Shown here in pieces: positions 19,255 to 27,760 of a stretch of 64,000 bases of DNA. Location: positions 15,789-79,788 of the forward strand of contig JAKQFQ010000359.1 of the NCBI GenBank assembly GCA_029558315.1. Reading direction: 5' to 3'. The notes below the pieces were generated by a model. That model was given only the letters and a program-made list of their open reading frames with translations. It ran no database searches and was not told the DNA's origin. How positions within the stretch are numbered: position 1 is the stretch's first letter; every line of letters begins with the position of its first letter. The translations under genes and the position numbers were made by a program. This stretch comes from Bacillota bacterium. GTDB taxonomy: Bacteria > Bacillota > Clostridia > Lachnospirales > Lachnospiraceae.

Positions 19255-20204
19255 GATTGGTGAGTTTTATCATCCCCTGTTACCGATCTGAGAAAACAAT
19301 TGGTACAGTTGTAGAAGAAATTAATCAGACAATGCAGGAACAACCTCAATATTCGTATGAGGTGATCCTGATTAATGATTGTTCTCCGGACGATACTTTT
19401 CAGACAATTAAGGAATTATGCCAGAAGGATCCGGCTGTAACCGGAATTGATTTTGCACGAAATTTTGGTCAGCACTCTGCTTTAATGGCCGGGATTCGTC
19501 AAGCCAAAGGGGAGATTATTGTCTGCCTGGATGATGATGGTCAGACACCAGCATGTGAAGCACCATTGCTTTTGGATGCATTAGAACAGGGGGCTGATGT
19601 TGCTTATGCAAGATACTCCCACAAGAAGCACTCGGTATTTCGTAACTTTGGCAGCTGGGTCAATGAGGAAATGGCAAGATTTATGCTGGACAAGCCAAAG
19701 GAATTATATATTTCAAGTTATTTTGCCGCTAAGCGTTATATCGTTGACGATATGATTAAGTATGAGAATTCTTATCCCTATGTAATTGGTCTGGTCTTAC
19801 GTTCTACCAGAAATATTGTGAATGTCGATGTGAATCATCGAAGCCGTGAGGTCGGTAATTCCGGATACACATTAAAGAAATTACTTGGATTGTGGATGAA
19901 TGGATTTACATCTTTTTCTGTTAAACCACTTAGAATTGCAACTGCAATTGGATGCTTTTTTGCAATCATAGGCTTTATCTATGGTATAATTGTTGTTATC
20001 CAAAGACTGGTTCTTCCGGATCGTGCACTTGGTTTTTCTTCGCTGATGTCAGCACTCGTGTTTTTTGGCGGTATGATTATGATTATGCTGGGGCTGATTG
20101 GTGAATATGTGGGAAGGATATATATCAGTATTAACAATTCCCCTCAATATGTAATCAAAGAGATTGTAAGACAAGAACAAAAGGAGAAGGAGAAGGTAGG
20201 ATGA
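19251..20204 (+). CDS. GtrB/ArnC-like GT2 polyprenyl-phosphate glycosyltransferase with two C-terminal TM helices
   Basis: VSFIIPCYRSEKTI...ILINDCSPDDT...NFGQHSALMAG...CLDDDGQ, then two C-terminal hydrophobic helices (IATAIGCFFAIIGFIYGIIVV; VFFGGMIMIMLGLIGEYVGRIY). This is the classic GtrB/ArnC layout. Confidence 0.8.
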   Translation: MRLVSFIIPCYRSEKTIGTVVEEINQTMQEQPQYSYEVILINDCSPDDTFQTIKELCQKDPAVTGIDFARNFGQHSALMAGIRQAKGEIIVCLDDDGQTPACEAPLLLDALEQGADVAYARYSHKKHSVFRNFGSWVNEEMARFMLDKPKELYISSYFAAKRYIVDDMIKYENSYPYVIGLVLRSTRNIVNVDVNHRSREVGNSGYTLKKLLGLWMNGFTSFSVKPLRIATAIGCFFAIIGFIYGIIVVIQRLVLPDRALGFSSLMSALVFFGGMIMIMLGLIGEYVGRIYISINNSPQYVIKEIVRQEQKEKEKVG

Positions 20205-20920
20205 GCAAAGAACTAACCAAAGAAAATGTTGTGGTTTCAGTAGTAATCCCCTGCTACAATGAGAAAGACACTCTGGAACATTTAATAGAAACCGTAAGAA
20301 ATTGCGGCTTTCAGACAGAGATCATTCTGGTAGATGACAAATCTACAGATGGAACAAGGGAACTGATTGTAAGTAAACTGGCAGGCAAGGTAGATAAGGT
20401 ACTCTTTCATAAAAAAAATATGGGTAAAGGTGCAGGGCTTCGCCATGGATTTAAGGTAGCAACCGGTGATGTGGTTATCGTACAGGATGCGGATCTGGAA
20501 TACGATCCCAAGGAATTTGATAAATTACTTGCTCCTTTTGTTTATGGCAAAAAGGACGCAGATGTTGTCTATGGTTCCAGATATGCCAGAGGAACCCAGT
20601 ATCGAGTAGAGAGCTTTTACCATTCGCTTGGTAATAAACTATTGACCTTGTTATCCAATGTGTGTTGTGATCTCTCTCTGACAGATATGGAAACATGTTA
20701 TAAAATGTTTCGTAGAGAAGTGATTCAGTCAATTGATATCAAGGAGAACCGGTTTGGATTTGAGCCGGAGGTTACAGCAAAAATCGCCAGGAGAAAAGAT
20801 AAAGTCTATGAAATCCCAATTTCATATAATCCAAGAACATTTGAACAGGGTAAAAAGATTGGCATCAAAGATGCAATCAGGGCGTTTTACTGTATCATAA
20901 GATATAATTTTTTTGATTAG
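20201..20920 (+). CDS. Soluble GT2 glycosyltransferase, DPM1/Ppm1-like (polyprenyl-phosphate hexose synthase-like)
   Basis: VSVVIPCYNEKDTL...ILVDDKSTDGT...NMGKGAGL...VQDADLEYDP motif set. 239 aa with no TM segment. Confidence 0.7.
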   Translation: MSKELTKENVVVSVVIPCYNEKDTLEHLIETVRNCGFQTEIILVDDKSTDGTRELIVSKLAGKVDKVLFHKKNMGKGAGLRHGFKVATGDVVIVQDADLEYDPKEFDKLLAPFVYGKKDADVVYGSRYARGTQYRVESFYHSLGNKLLTLLSNVCCDLSLTDMETCYKMFRREVIQSIDIKENRFGFEPEVTAKIARRKDKVYEIPISYNPRTFEQGKKIGIKDAIRAFYCIIRYNFFD

Positions 20921-20921
20921 T

Positions 20922-22316
20922 TTATGAAGCTTTATAACGCGTTTGGGAGTGAAAGAGTTCCGCAAGAAGAAGCAGACCTGCAATATAGAACAGCCCCCAG
21001 AAATACGAGAGGTATCTTCCTGTAGAACCAATGGTAATACAGCAGGCGGCAAGATTTCCTGTTAACATGATCAGAGTACATAACATAAAGCGTGCGGCAA
21101 TACTGTCGTGCGCTTTTTTTAATCGGTAAACAGAAAGGAAAAGTGCGGCAAAGTATACAACGTAGGCATAAACATAGCAAAGTGTCTTAAGCGGCGGATA
21201 CAGAAAGAAAACAGCTTCACAGGTACCGTAGAAAAACAAGGAGAAGAACCCGGACAGCCATTGCCCAAAATGACGAGGAGCCAATGCAATCAGCAGATCA
21301 TGAGCGACACTTTCATATGTATTGTAGATATCGGCATCTGAAAAGGACGGATCACTGCCATAATAAGAATTGGCCAGAGGAATATAGGAGTGAAGCTTTA
21401 AATACAGATTGGCGTCCATCAGGTGATTGCGTCTGTCAGACAACGTTGTGCCTCGATTGGCATAGACATATCCACTCGATTCAAGATCATCAAAAATCAG
21501 ATTAATAAATTCAGATTCCGGATGATTGTCAAATAAGGAGCGGTCCAAATCATCTGCCGTATAAAGAAAGTTAATCATATAACTGGTATTTGTGAATTCC
21601 GGCTTGACCGGTTCTCCAAATACATGCTGACTATAGACGAAGGTAATGGATTTGGTGATGACCAACAGCAAAATGATACCGCAAAGCATGGATCCAAGCA
21701 GAGAAAGAAATTGCTTTTTGAATTTGCGCATACTAAAAAGCAGATAAATACTTAGCAAAACGGAAAAAATTAAGGTCAACTGCATTTGTCCACGAAGAAG
21801 AATCAGTATGGCAGAACAAAGATAAGAACCTAACAGTGCTTTGGCATGATTACGACATAACGCGGTTAAAAAGAAGATCAGATACAGATAAAACAGGGAG
21901 TAACTTAACCCTTCTGTGAGGATCGTACGCTGATAGAGCAGGGGAGTGTCGCTAGTCAGCAATTCAATGCCATAAGGAAACAGGAGGAAGGGATAGAGAA
22001 TGCAATACAGGAGTGGCTTTACAGTAAAAAGCTTTCTGATCGTCATTCCAAGAGCCGTAACGGAAAAAATCGCGAGGATTGTCTGTCCAATAATAACAGC
22101 GGTGAGATAGAAATCCTCCGAGAAAAAACATCGAAAAAGTGAAAGCCATAATGGATAAAGCGGAGAACGCAGAATTAGTTTATCAATATAGCCTATACTA
22201 TCATTGGTGAATTGGGGGACAAAGTCACCCGGAAGGACAAAGAACAGAATCGTAAGGAGTAAAAGTATCAAATCGACGAGATGTTGTTTGATGAAGGTAA
22301 GTGACTTTGCTTTCAT
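20922..22316 (-). CDS. Polytopic membrane protein, ArnT/PMT_2-like GT-C candidate; paralog of 55322-56701
   Basis: 464 aa, hydrophobic throughout. The first-loop motif NDSIGYIDKLILRSPLYPLWLSLFRCFF aligns with ADSNSYIKMTTAREPVYPLLLAIFRFLF of the 55322 gene, and both share ILTEG. It is one of only two minus-strand genes. Confidence 0.55.
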   Translation of the reverse strand: MKAKSLTFIKQHLVDLILLLLTILFFVLPGDFVPQFTNDSIGYIDKLILRSPLYPLWLSLFRCFFSEDFYLTAVIIGQTILAIFSVTALGMTIRKLFTVKPLLYCILYPFLLFPYGIELLTSDTPLLYQRTILTEGLSYSLFYLYLIFFLTALCRNHAKALLGSYLCSAILILLRGQMQLTLIFSVLLSIYLLFSMRKFKKQFLSLLGSMLCGIILLLVITKSITFVYSQHVFGEPVKPEFTNTSYMINFLYTADDLDRSLFDNHPESEFINLIFDDLESSGYVYANRGTTLSDRRNHLMDANLYLKLHSYIPLANSYYGSDPSFSDADIYNTYESVAHDLLIALAPRHFGQWLSGFFSLFFYGTCEAVFFLYPPLKTLCYVYAYVVYFAALFLSVYRLKKAHDSIAARFMLCTLIMLTGNLAACCITIGSTGRYLSYFWGLFYIAGLLLLAELFHSQTRYKAS

Positions 22317-22382
22317 AGGTGCGTCATCCTTTCACTAAATTTATTGGCCAATGCAATTATTTGCAGATTTTAGTCATTATTT

Positions 22383-22411
22383 AGTGTAGGCGGTGAAGGG
22401 GGAAATGTCAA
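22383..22411 (-). promoter_or_regulatory. Candidate sigma-A promoter for the minus-strand membrane gene
   Basis: Read on the minus strand: TTGACA (plus coords 22406-22411), a 17-nt spacer, then TACACT (22383-22388). AAGGATG RBS lies before the start codon at 22316. Confidence 0.5.
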
Positions 22412-22440
22412 TTGCAAATGCCAGTCCTTTGTTATATAAT
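22412..22440 (+). promoter_or_regulatory. Candidate sigma-A promoter for the Wzy_C / phosphotransferase / GT operon
   Basis: TTGCAA (22412-22417), a 17-nt spacer, then TATAAT (22435-22440), about 50 nt upstream of ATG 22491. Confidence 0.6.
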
Positions 22441-22490
22441 TTACTTTGTGTAGCTACGGCCAGAATGAAACACAGTATGGAGAAGTATTA

Positions 22491-24074
22491 ATGAATGAAT
22501 TAATGGAAAAGATAAAGAGTAAGGCAAAATCTCCGGATACGTATCGTTATCTGTTGTTTATTGTCTTTCTATATATGATGATCTATGCTGGAATTGGGTT
22601 TATGAATGCCGGAAATAGCTATGAACAGGCTTATTCTTTACGTCTGTTCTGTATCGGATTTGGAATTTTAGTGCTGGTGATGATGGATGTGAAACAGTGG
22701 TTTACCATATGGTCGCTGCTCTATATTCCGCTTTGTTATGTGTTTACTCATTTCGCATATGAGAAGCATTGGATTGAAGATATTTGTGAGTATCAGTTTG
22801 TAGATATTATTCGCCAGGGGAAAATGGTGATTCTGATCTGGGGACTTGTCCTGATTGCGATTATTCGTGATTTGATTAAGAATAAGGGCTGGAAGAAATG
22901 GAAAACATTCCAACCGCTGCTGGCAGTTGTCTGGCTCTTATTTATCGTATTTTTAACATTATTCAAAAGAGATTACTTCTACGCCTCTGTTTTCATCATT
23001 TCCTATAGTGCCTATTTCTACGTTAACAGTAACCCTACACGGCGTGAGCTGTTGTGGAAGGCAATGTTAAATGCTGCAGTGTTATCATTATTCTATGTCA
23101 TTTATAAATCCATGATGCATAGGCCTTATGATTGCGAGCGCTATACGACTTATTTTGTGAATGCCAATATGGCAGGAATGTATCTGGCCTGTATGGTTGC
23201 GGTACTCTTTACAAAGCTGAATCTATGGTGGGCTAAAACAGATTGTGCCAAAGGAATCAAAGTTACTGTGCTGATTTTTTACTATCTCTTAATGGGATTT
23301 ACCTGCGGACTGGTTTTATTTAACTATACGCGAACGACAATACTGGGTCTTGGCTTTGCTTTTCTGACATTGTTGATTCTCCAACTCGTGAAAGAGAAGA
23401 GAAAACTCTTCGTGTTGCTGCGCTATGGGATACTTGTTCTGGTAGCAGCAGCATTATTCCAAGTGACATATCAGGTGATTCGATATGTTCCGGCTTATAT
23501 CAATGAACCATCGTATTTTTCCGGCGAATATAATCCGGATACCAGAATAATGAAAGATGATCCTGTAGATTCGCCCAAGTACACAACAATGGAGAGTTTT
23601 CTTACCCTGGCTTTGGGCAAATGGGGAATTTATGTGGAATTCGCCGATAGCAATGAAAACGGACAGGGGAGCGTAGAGGTAGATACAAACCGTGATGTAA
23701 CCAATGGAAGAACTGAGATATGGAAGACTTATCTTGCCAGAACCAATTGGACGGGCCATTATCCTGGACATATTCTGATGGACAGCGGTTATTTCTGTTA
23801 TCATGCACATAGTACTTATTTTCATGTGCTGTATCAATATGGATTATTATGCGGAATTGTTTATGCATTGATGATTGTTGGGGCTTATGTCTTTGCCATT
23901 GTATGTTATCTGCGGACAAGACAGGCGAATTTTATGATATTCGCAGTTCTTATCACAGGAATTAATTTAATAGGACAGATTACGGAGTGGATGGGGCATC
24001 CGGCATATGTGATTTGCATGATGCTTTTCTTCACATATGGCATGCTTCTGATGGAGAAGAAAAATGAAAGATAA
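22491..24074 (+). CDS. O-antigen ligase/polymerase family (Wzy_C domain) membrane protein
   Basis: Polytopic, with a large loop carrying GRTEIWKTYL...CYHAHSTYFHVLYQYGLLCG, the Wzy_C-type H-x-H ... G motif. The start is set at ATG 22491 (GGAGAAG RBS) rather than TTG 22446. Confidence 0.7.
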   Translation: MNELMEKIKSKAKSPDTYRYLLFIVFLYMMIYAGIGFMNAGNSYEQAYSLRLFCIGFGILVLVMMDVKQWFTIWSLLYIPLCYVFTHFAYEKHWIEDICEYQFVDIIRQGKMVILIWGLVLIAIIRDLIKNKGWKKWKTFQPLLAVVWLLFIVFLTLFKRDYFYASVFIISYSAYFYVNSNPTRRELLWKAMLNAAVLSLFYVIYKSMMHRPYDCERYTTYFVNANMAGMYLACMVAVLFTKLNLWWAKTDCAKGIKVTVLIFYYLLMGFTCGLVLFNYTRTTILGLGFAFLTLLILQLVKEKRKLFVLLRYGILVLVAAALFQVTYQVIRYVPAYINEPSYFSGEYNPDTRIMKDDPVDSPKYTTMESFLTLALGKWGIYVEFADSNENGQGSVEVDTNRDVTNGRTEIWKTYLARTNWTGHYPGHILMDSGYFCYHAHSTYFHVLYQYGLLCGIVYALMIVGAYVFAIVCYLRTRQANFMIFAVLITGINLIGQITEWMGHPAYVICMMLFFTYGMLLMEKKNER

Positions 24075-25467
24075 AAGTTTTGAACAGTATAAAAGGATAT
24101 TTCTCTTTAGTGAAATCGTGCTGACGCTGGATGCAATGTGCGGTTTATTCGGATGGCTATGGTATAGTTATTTGAATACTTTGAATGAGAAACCTTTTAC
24201 CGGGTCCGGTAATCTGATGGAGATTGTGGTATATGTCATTGCTACACTTGTCTTTATCCAGATTTTTGGAGGCTTTGAAATCGGATTTTATACAGCACTG
24301 AATGCGATTCTTTCGCAGGTGCTGGCGATGTTCTGCGTCAATTTTCTGATGGCTGTGCAGACAATTCTGACAATCAGTTCCATCTATACCCTGGATGAAA
24401 TTTTTCTGGCATTTTTCATACTGCAGGTAGCGCAGGTGGTAGCAGCTATCATTCTGGTGCAATGCTTTGATCATCTGTATGTGTGGTTGTTTCCGGCATG
24501 GGATATTCTGCTCGTGTATGAAAATGATTCTGTTCGCTTATTTATGGATAAGGTAAATACCAGGAAGGATAAATATGTAATTGGTGATACGATTAACGTA
24601 TCAGAAGGCGTCGAGGCAATCTGTGACAAAATACGTAAGCATGATTCCGTAATTATCTATGATGTTTCTTCAGCACTTCGCAATGACTTAATCAAATTCT
24701 GTTACGGCGAAGGAATCCGTGTATATCAGACACCGAAAATCTCAGATATCCTGATTCGCAGTGCCAAAGAACATCATCTCTTTGATACTCCGCTGTTAAT
24801 GTCTAATAATATTGGATTAACTTTTGAACAAAAAGTTGTGAAACGATTAATCGATATCGTAGTGTCCTTTCTGATGTTGATTATCACCGCCCCGATTATG
24901 CTGATAACGGCAATCTGTATTATAATTGAAGATCATGGTCCTGTATTTTTCATTCAGGAGAGAATTACACTTCATGACCGCCCGTTTATGATCTACAAAT
25001 TCCGTAGTATGATTGTGGATGCGGAAGCAGATGGAAAAGCCAGACCGGCGGTTGCCGATGACGACAGAATCACCAAGGTCGGCAGAATCATCAGAAAGAC
25101 CAGGATTGATGAACTGCCACAGCTATATAATGTATTAAAGGGAGACATGAGCCTGGTGGGGCCAAGGCCGGAGCGAGTGGAGCATGTTATTAAATATACG
25201 GAGAAAATACCGGAATTCCAATATCGAACCAAAGTGAAGGGTGGATTGACCGGATACGCGCAGGTATATGGCAAATATAATACAACTGCTTATGATAAGA
25301 TTAAGCTGGATTTAATGTATATTGAGAACTATTCTCTGGTTTTGGATTTCAGGATTGTAGTAATGACGATTAAAGTAATATTTATGAAGTCCAGTACGGA
25401 AGGATTTGCGAATAACAATCTTCCCGGTGAGGAACAGATGAAAGCAGAGAATGGAGAGGACTCGTAA
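24064..25467 (+). CDS. Polyprenyl (undecaprenyl)-phosphate glycosylphosphotransferase, WbaP/EpsL-type initiating enzyme
   Basis: N-terminal TM block plus the C-terminal bacterial sugar transferase domain: RPFMIYKFRSM...ITKVGRIIRKTRIDELPQLYNVLKGDMSLVGPRPE...GLTGYAQV. Confidence 0.9.
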   Translation: MKDKSFEQYKRIFLFSEIVLTLDAMCGLFGWLWYSYLNTLNEKPFTGSGNLMEIVVYVIATLVFIQIFGGFEIGFYTALNAILSQVLAMFCVNFLMAVQTILTISSIYTLDEIFLAFFILQVAQVVAAIILVQCFDHLYVWLFPAWDILLVYENDSVRLFMDKVNTRKDKYVIGDTINVSEGVEAICDKIRKHDSVIIYDVSSALRNDLIKFCYGEGIRVYQTPKISDILIRSAKEHHLFDTPLLMSNNIGLTFEQKVVKRLIDIVVSFLMLIITAPIMLITAICIIIEDHGPVFFIQERITLHDRPFMIYKFRSMIVDAEADGKARPAVADDDRITKVGRIIRKTRIDELPQLYNVLKGDMSLVGPRPERVEHVIKYTEKIPEFQYRTKVKGGLTGYAQVYGKYNTTAYDKIKLDLMYIENYSLVLDFRIVVMTIKVIFMKSSTEGFANNNLPGEEQMKAENGEDS

Positions 25468-25468
25468 T

Positions 25469-26629
25469 ATGATGGATGTGTTTTTGGTTGCAAGCAAGGG
25501 AATTCCGGCCAGATATGGCGGATTTGAGACCTTTGTTGAGCGCCTGGTCAGAGGAAAAAAATCGCAGGAGATTCAGTATCACGTTTCCTGTATGAATAAT
25601 GACGAAAAACATTTTCAGTATCAGGGAGCGGACTGCTTCAACGTCAGAGTACCATTGCCCGGTCCGGCAGGAAGAATACTTCATGTATCCCGGGTATTGT
25701 CGCAGGTCTACCGATGGAAAATGAAACACCCGGGTCAAGACACAATTGTGTATATATTAGGATGCAGGATTGGTCCTTTATTAAAATGGCATGCAGCAAG
25801 ATTGCACAAGCTTCGAATAACCATTATGGTAAATCCGGATGGATTGGAATGGAAAAGAGCAAAGTGGAGTGGAATTGAAAAAAGATTCCTGCGATATTGT
25901 GAGAAATGTCTTGTTGTAAATTCAGATCTTGCGATTTGTGATTCTGTAAATATTGAATCCTATATTAAAAAGACATATGCCGGCAAAGTCAAGAAGACGA
26001 CATTTTTAGCTTATGGTGCAGATGTGCATCCGCTGGCAGGTACGGATGAAACCTGGAATCGCTGGATGAAAGATAAAAAGATTGGTTCTTATGGGTATTA
26101 TCTGATTGTTGGCCGATTTGTTCCGGATAATAATTACGAAACCATGATTCTGGAATTTATGAAAGCAAAAACAGACAAAGACCTTGTTATTATAAGTAAT
26201 GTTGAGAAGAACAAATTCTACGATGACTTGCAACGAAAGACTGGATTTGAACAGGATCACAGAATAAAGTTTGTGGGAACGGTTTATGAAGAAGAATTGC
26301 TTAGAAGCATTCGCGAGCATGCATTTGCCTATCTGCATGGGCATGAAGTGGGAGGGACTAACCCTTCGTTACTTGAGGCATTGGCAACAACGAAGGTTAA
26401 TTTACTTCTAAATATTGGATTTAATCAGGAAGTTGCCGGTAAGGCAGCAAGATATTGGAACAAAGAAGAGGGCAGCTTGAGCCGGTTGATTGAGAACACG
26501 GAAAAGTTATCGAATGCAAAAATGGAAGAGCTTGGACGCCTTGCAAAAGAACGCATCCGGGATGCATACAGCTGGCCAAAGATCTGTGCTGATTATGAAG
26601 AGATATTTCTCCGATACGAAAGGGTGTAG
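25469..26629 (+). CDS. GT4 glycosyltransferase with DUF1972-type N-terminus (RgpA/WchF-like, rhamnosyltransferase-like)
   Basis: MMDVFLVASKGIPARYGGFETFVERL is the DUF1972 signature as I recall it. The C-terminus has HGHEVGGTNPSLLEA. The start is taken at ATG 25469, directly after the upstream stop. Confidence 0.65.
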   Translation: MMDVFLVASKGIPARYGGFETFVERLVRGKKSQEIQYHVSCMNNDEKHFQYQGADCFNVRVPLPGPAGRILHVSRVLSQVYRWKMKHPGQDTIVYILGCRIGPLLKWHAARLHKLRITIMVNPDGLEWKRAKWSGIEKRFLRYCEKCLVVNSDLAICDSVNIESYIKKTYAGKVKKTTFLAYGADVHPLAGTDETWNRWMKDKKIGSYGYYLIVGRFVPDNNYETMILEFMKAKTDKDLVIISNVEKNKFYDDLQRKTGFEQDHRIKFVGTVYEEELLRSIREHAFAYLHGHEVGGTNPSLLEALATTKVNLLLNIGFNQEVAGKAARYWNKEEGSLSRLIENTEKLSNAKMEELGRLAKERIRDAYSWPKICADYEEIFLRYERV

Positions 26630-26635
26630 AAACAT

Positions 26636-27760
26636 TTGACGGAACAGAAGAAACATATAGTTTTGATTTCCAACAGTTTTGGAAGTCTTTACAATTTTCG
26701 CTATGAGCTGATACTGACCTTGCTGAAGGACTATCGGGTTACCCTATTAACGCCAATGGAGGAGAGCGATTATGTTCACTTTGCTGCATTTATGGAGCAG
26801 GGCTGCGAATTGCTAAAGACCCCTTTAAGAAGACGCGGAAAAAATCCTTTTTCGGAGTGGAAACTGATTAGTTTATATGTACAATTATTGAAAAAACTTA
26901 ATCCGGATCTTGTGCTTACTTATACCATCAAACCGAATATATATGGAGGGATGGCCTGTAAAAAATTAAAAATACCTTATTTTTCCAATGTAACCGGACT
27001 GGGAACAGCCTTTCAAAAGGAAGGCATGCTAAAGAAATTAACGGTTTTTTTATTCCGCAGGGGAGTAAAGCATGCAGAATTGATCTTCTTTCAGAATGAA
27101 GAAAGCCAAAAAGTATTTAAGAGATGCAGAATAGGAAAAGGAAATAGTAAAATAGTACCCGGGTCCGGAATTAATCTGGATAAATTTCCGATGAAACCAT
27201 ATACAGAAGACAATGCCTTTCGATTTTTGTACATGGCAAGAATCATGAAAGAGAAGGGTGCGGATGAATTCTTTGCTGCTGCGCGCAGGATGAAGGAGAA
27301 GTACAAAGAAGTAGAATTTGCTGTTGTCGGCTTCTGTGAAGAAACTTATGAGACACAGATCAAAGAGCTTGAGAAACAAGGTGTGATTACTTATTATGGG
27401 TGGCAGGATGACAGTGCTTCCTTTATGGCTAAGGCAGGATGTCTTGTAAATCCATCTTATCATGAGGGAATGTCCAATGTATGTCTGGAGGCTGCGGCAA
27501 CCGGACGACCAATGATAGTATCTGATATCCCGGGATGCAGGGAGACGGTAGAGAATGGAACGAATGGATATCTCATCCCGGCAGGTGATGGCGAGGCATT
27601 ATTAGCGAAAATGATTCAATTCTACCAGTTGTCAACGAAACAGAAGGCACAGATGGGACAAAATGGAAGAAGAAAGATGGAACAGGAATTCGACCGACAA
27701 CTGGTTGTAGAAATTTATTGTAAAGAAATCAGAAGGGTATTGGAAAATGACAAGAACTAA
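26636..27760 (+). CDS. GT4 glycosyltransferase, PglA/WbuB-like
   Basis: TTG start. SLYNFRYELI, KNPFSE, IKPNIYGG, VTGLGTAF, FQNEES, GSGINLDKF and EGMSNVCLEAAATGRPMIVSD parallel the PglA layout by eye. Confidence 0.7.
   Translation: MTEQKKHIVLISNSFGSLYNFRYELILTLLKDYRVTLLTPMEESDYVHFAAFMEQGCELLKTPLRRRGKNPFSEWKLISLYVQLLKKLNPDLVLTYTIKPNIYGGMACKKLKIPYFSNVTGLGTAFQKEGMLKKLTVFLFRRGVKHAELIFFQNEESQKVFKRCRIGKGNSKIVPGSGINLDKFPMKPYTEDNAFRFLYMARIMKEKGADEFFAAARRMKEKYKEVEFAVVGFCEETYETQIKELEKQGVITYYGWQDDSASFMAKAGCLVNPSYHEGMSNVCLEAAATGRPMIVSDIPGCRETVENGTNGYLIPAGDGEALLAKMIQFYQLSTKQKAQMGQNGRRKMEQEFDRQLVVEIYCKEIRRVLENDKN

Noticed and set aside
20411-20418. A8 run in the DPM1-like GT2 gene, and similar A/T runs of 7-8 nt (for example near 11216 and 63731), as contingency loci
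   Set aside because: A/T homopolymers of this length are expected by chance in lysine/phenylalanine-rich coding DNA at about 40% GC. There is no evidence of length heterogeneity from a single sequence.
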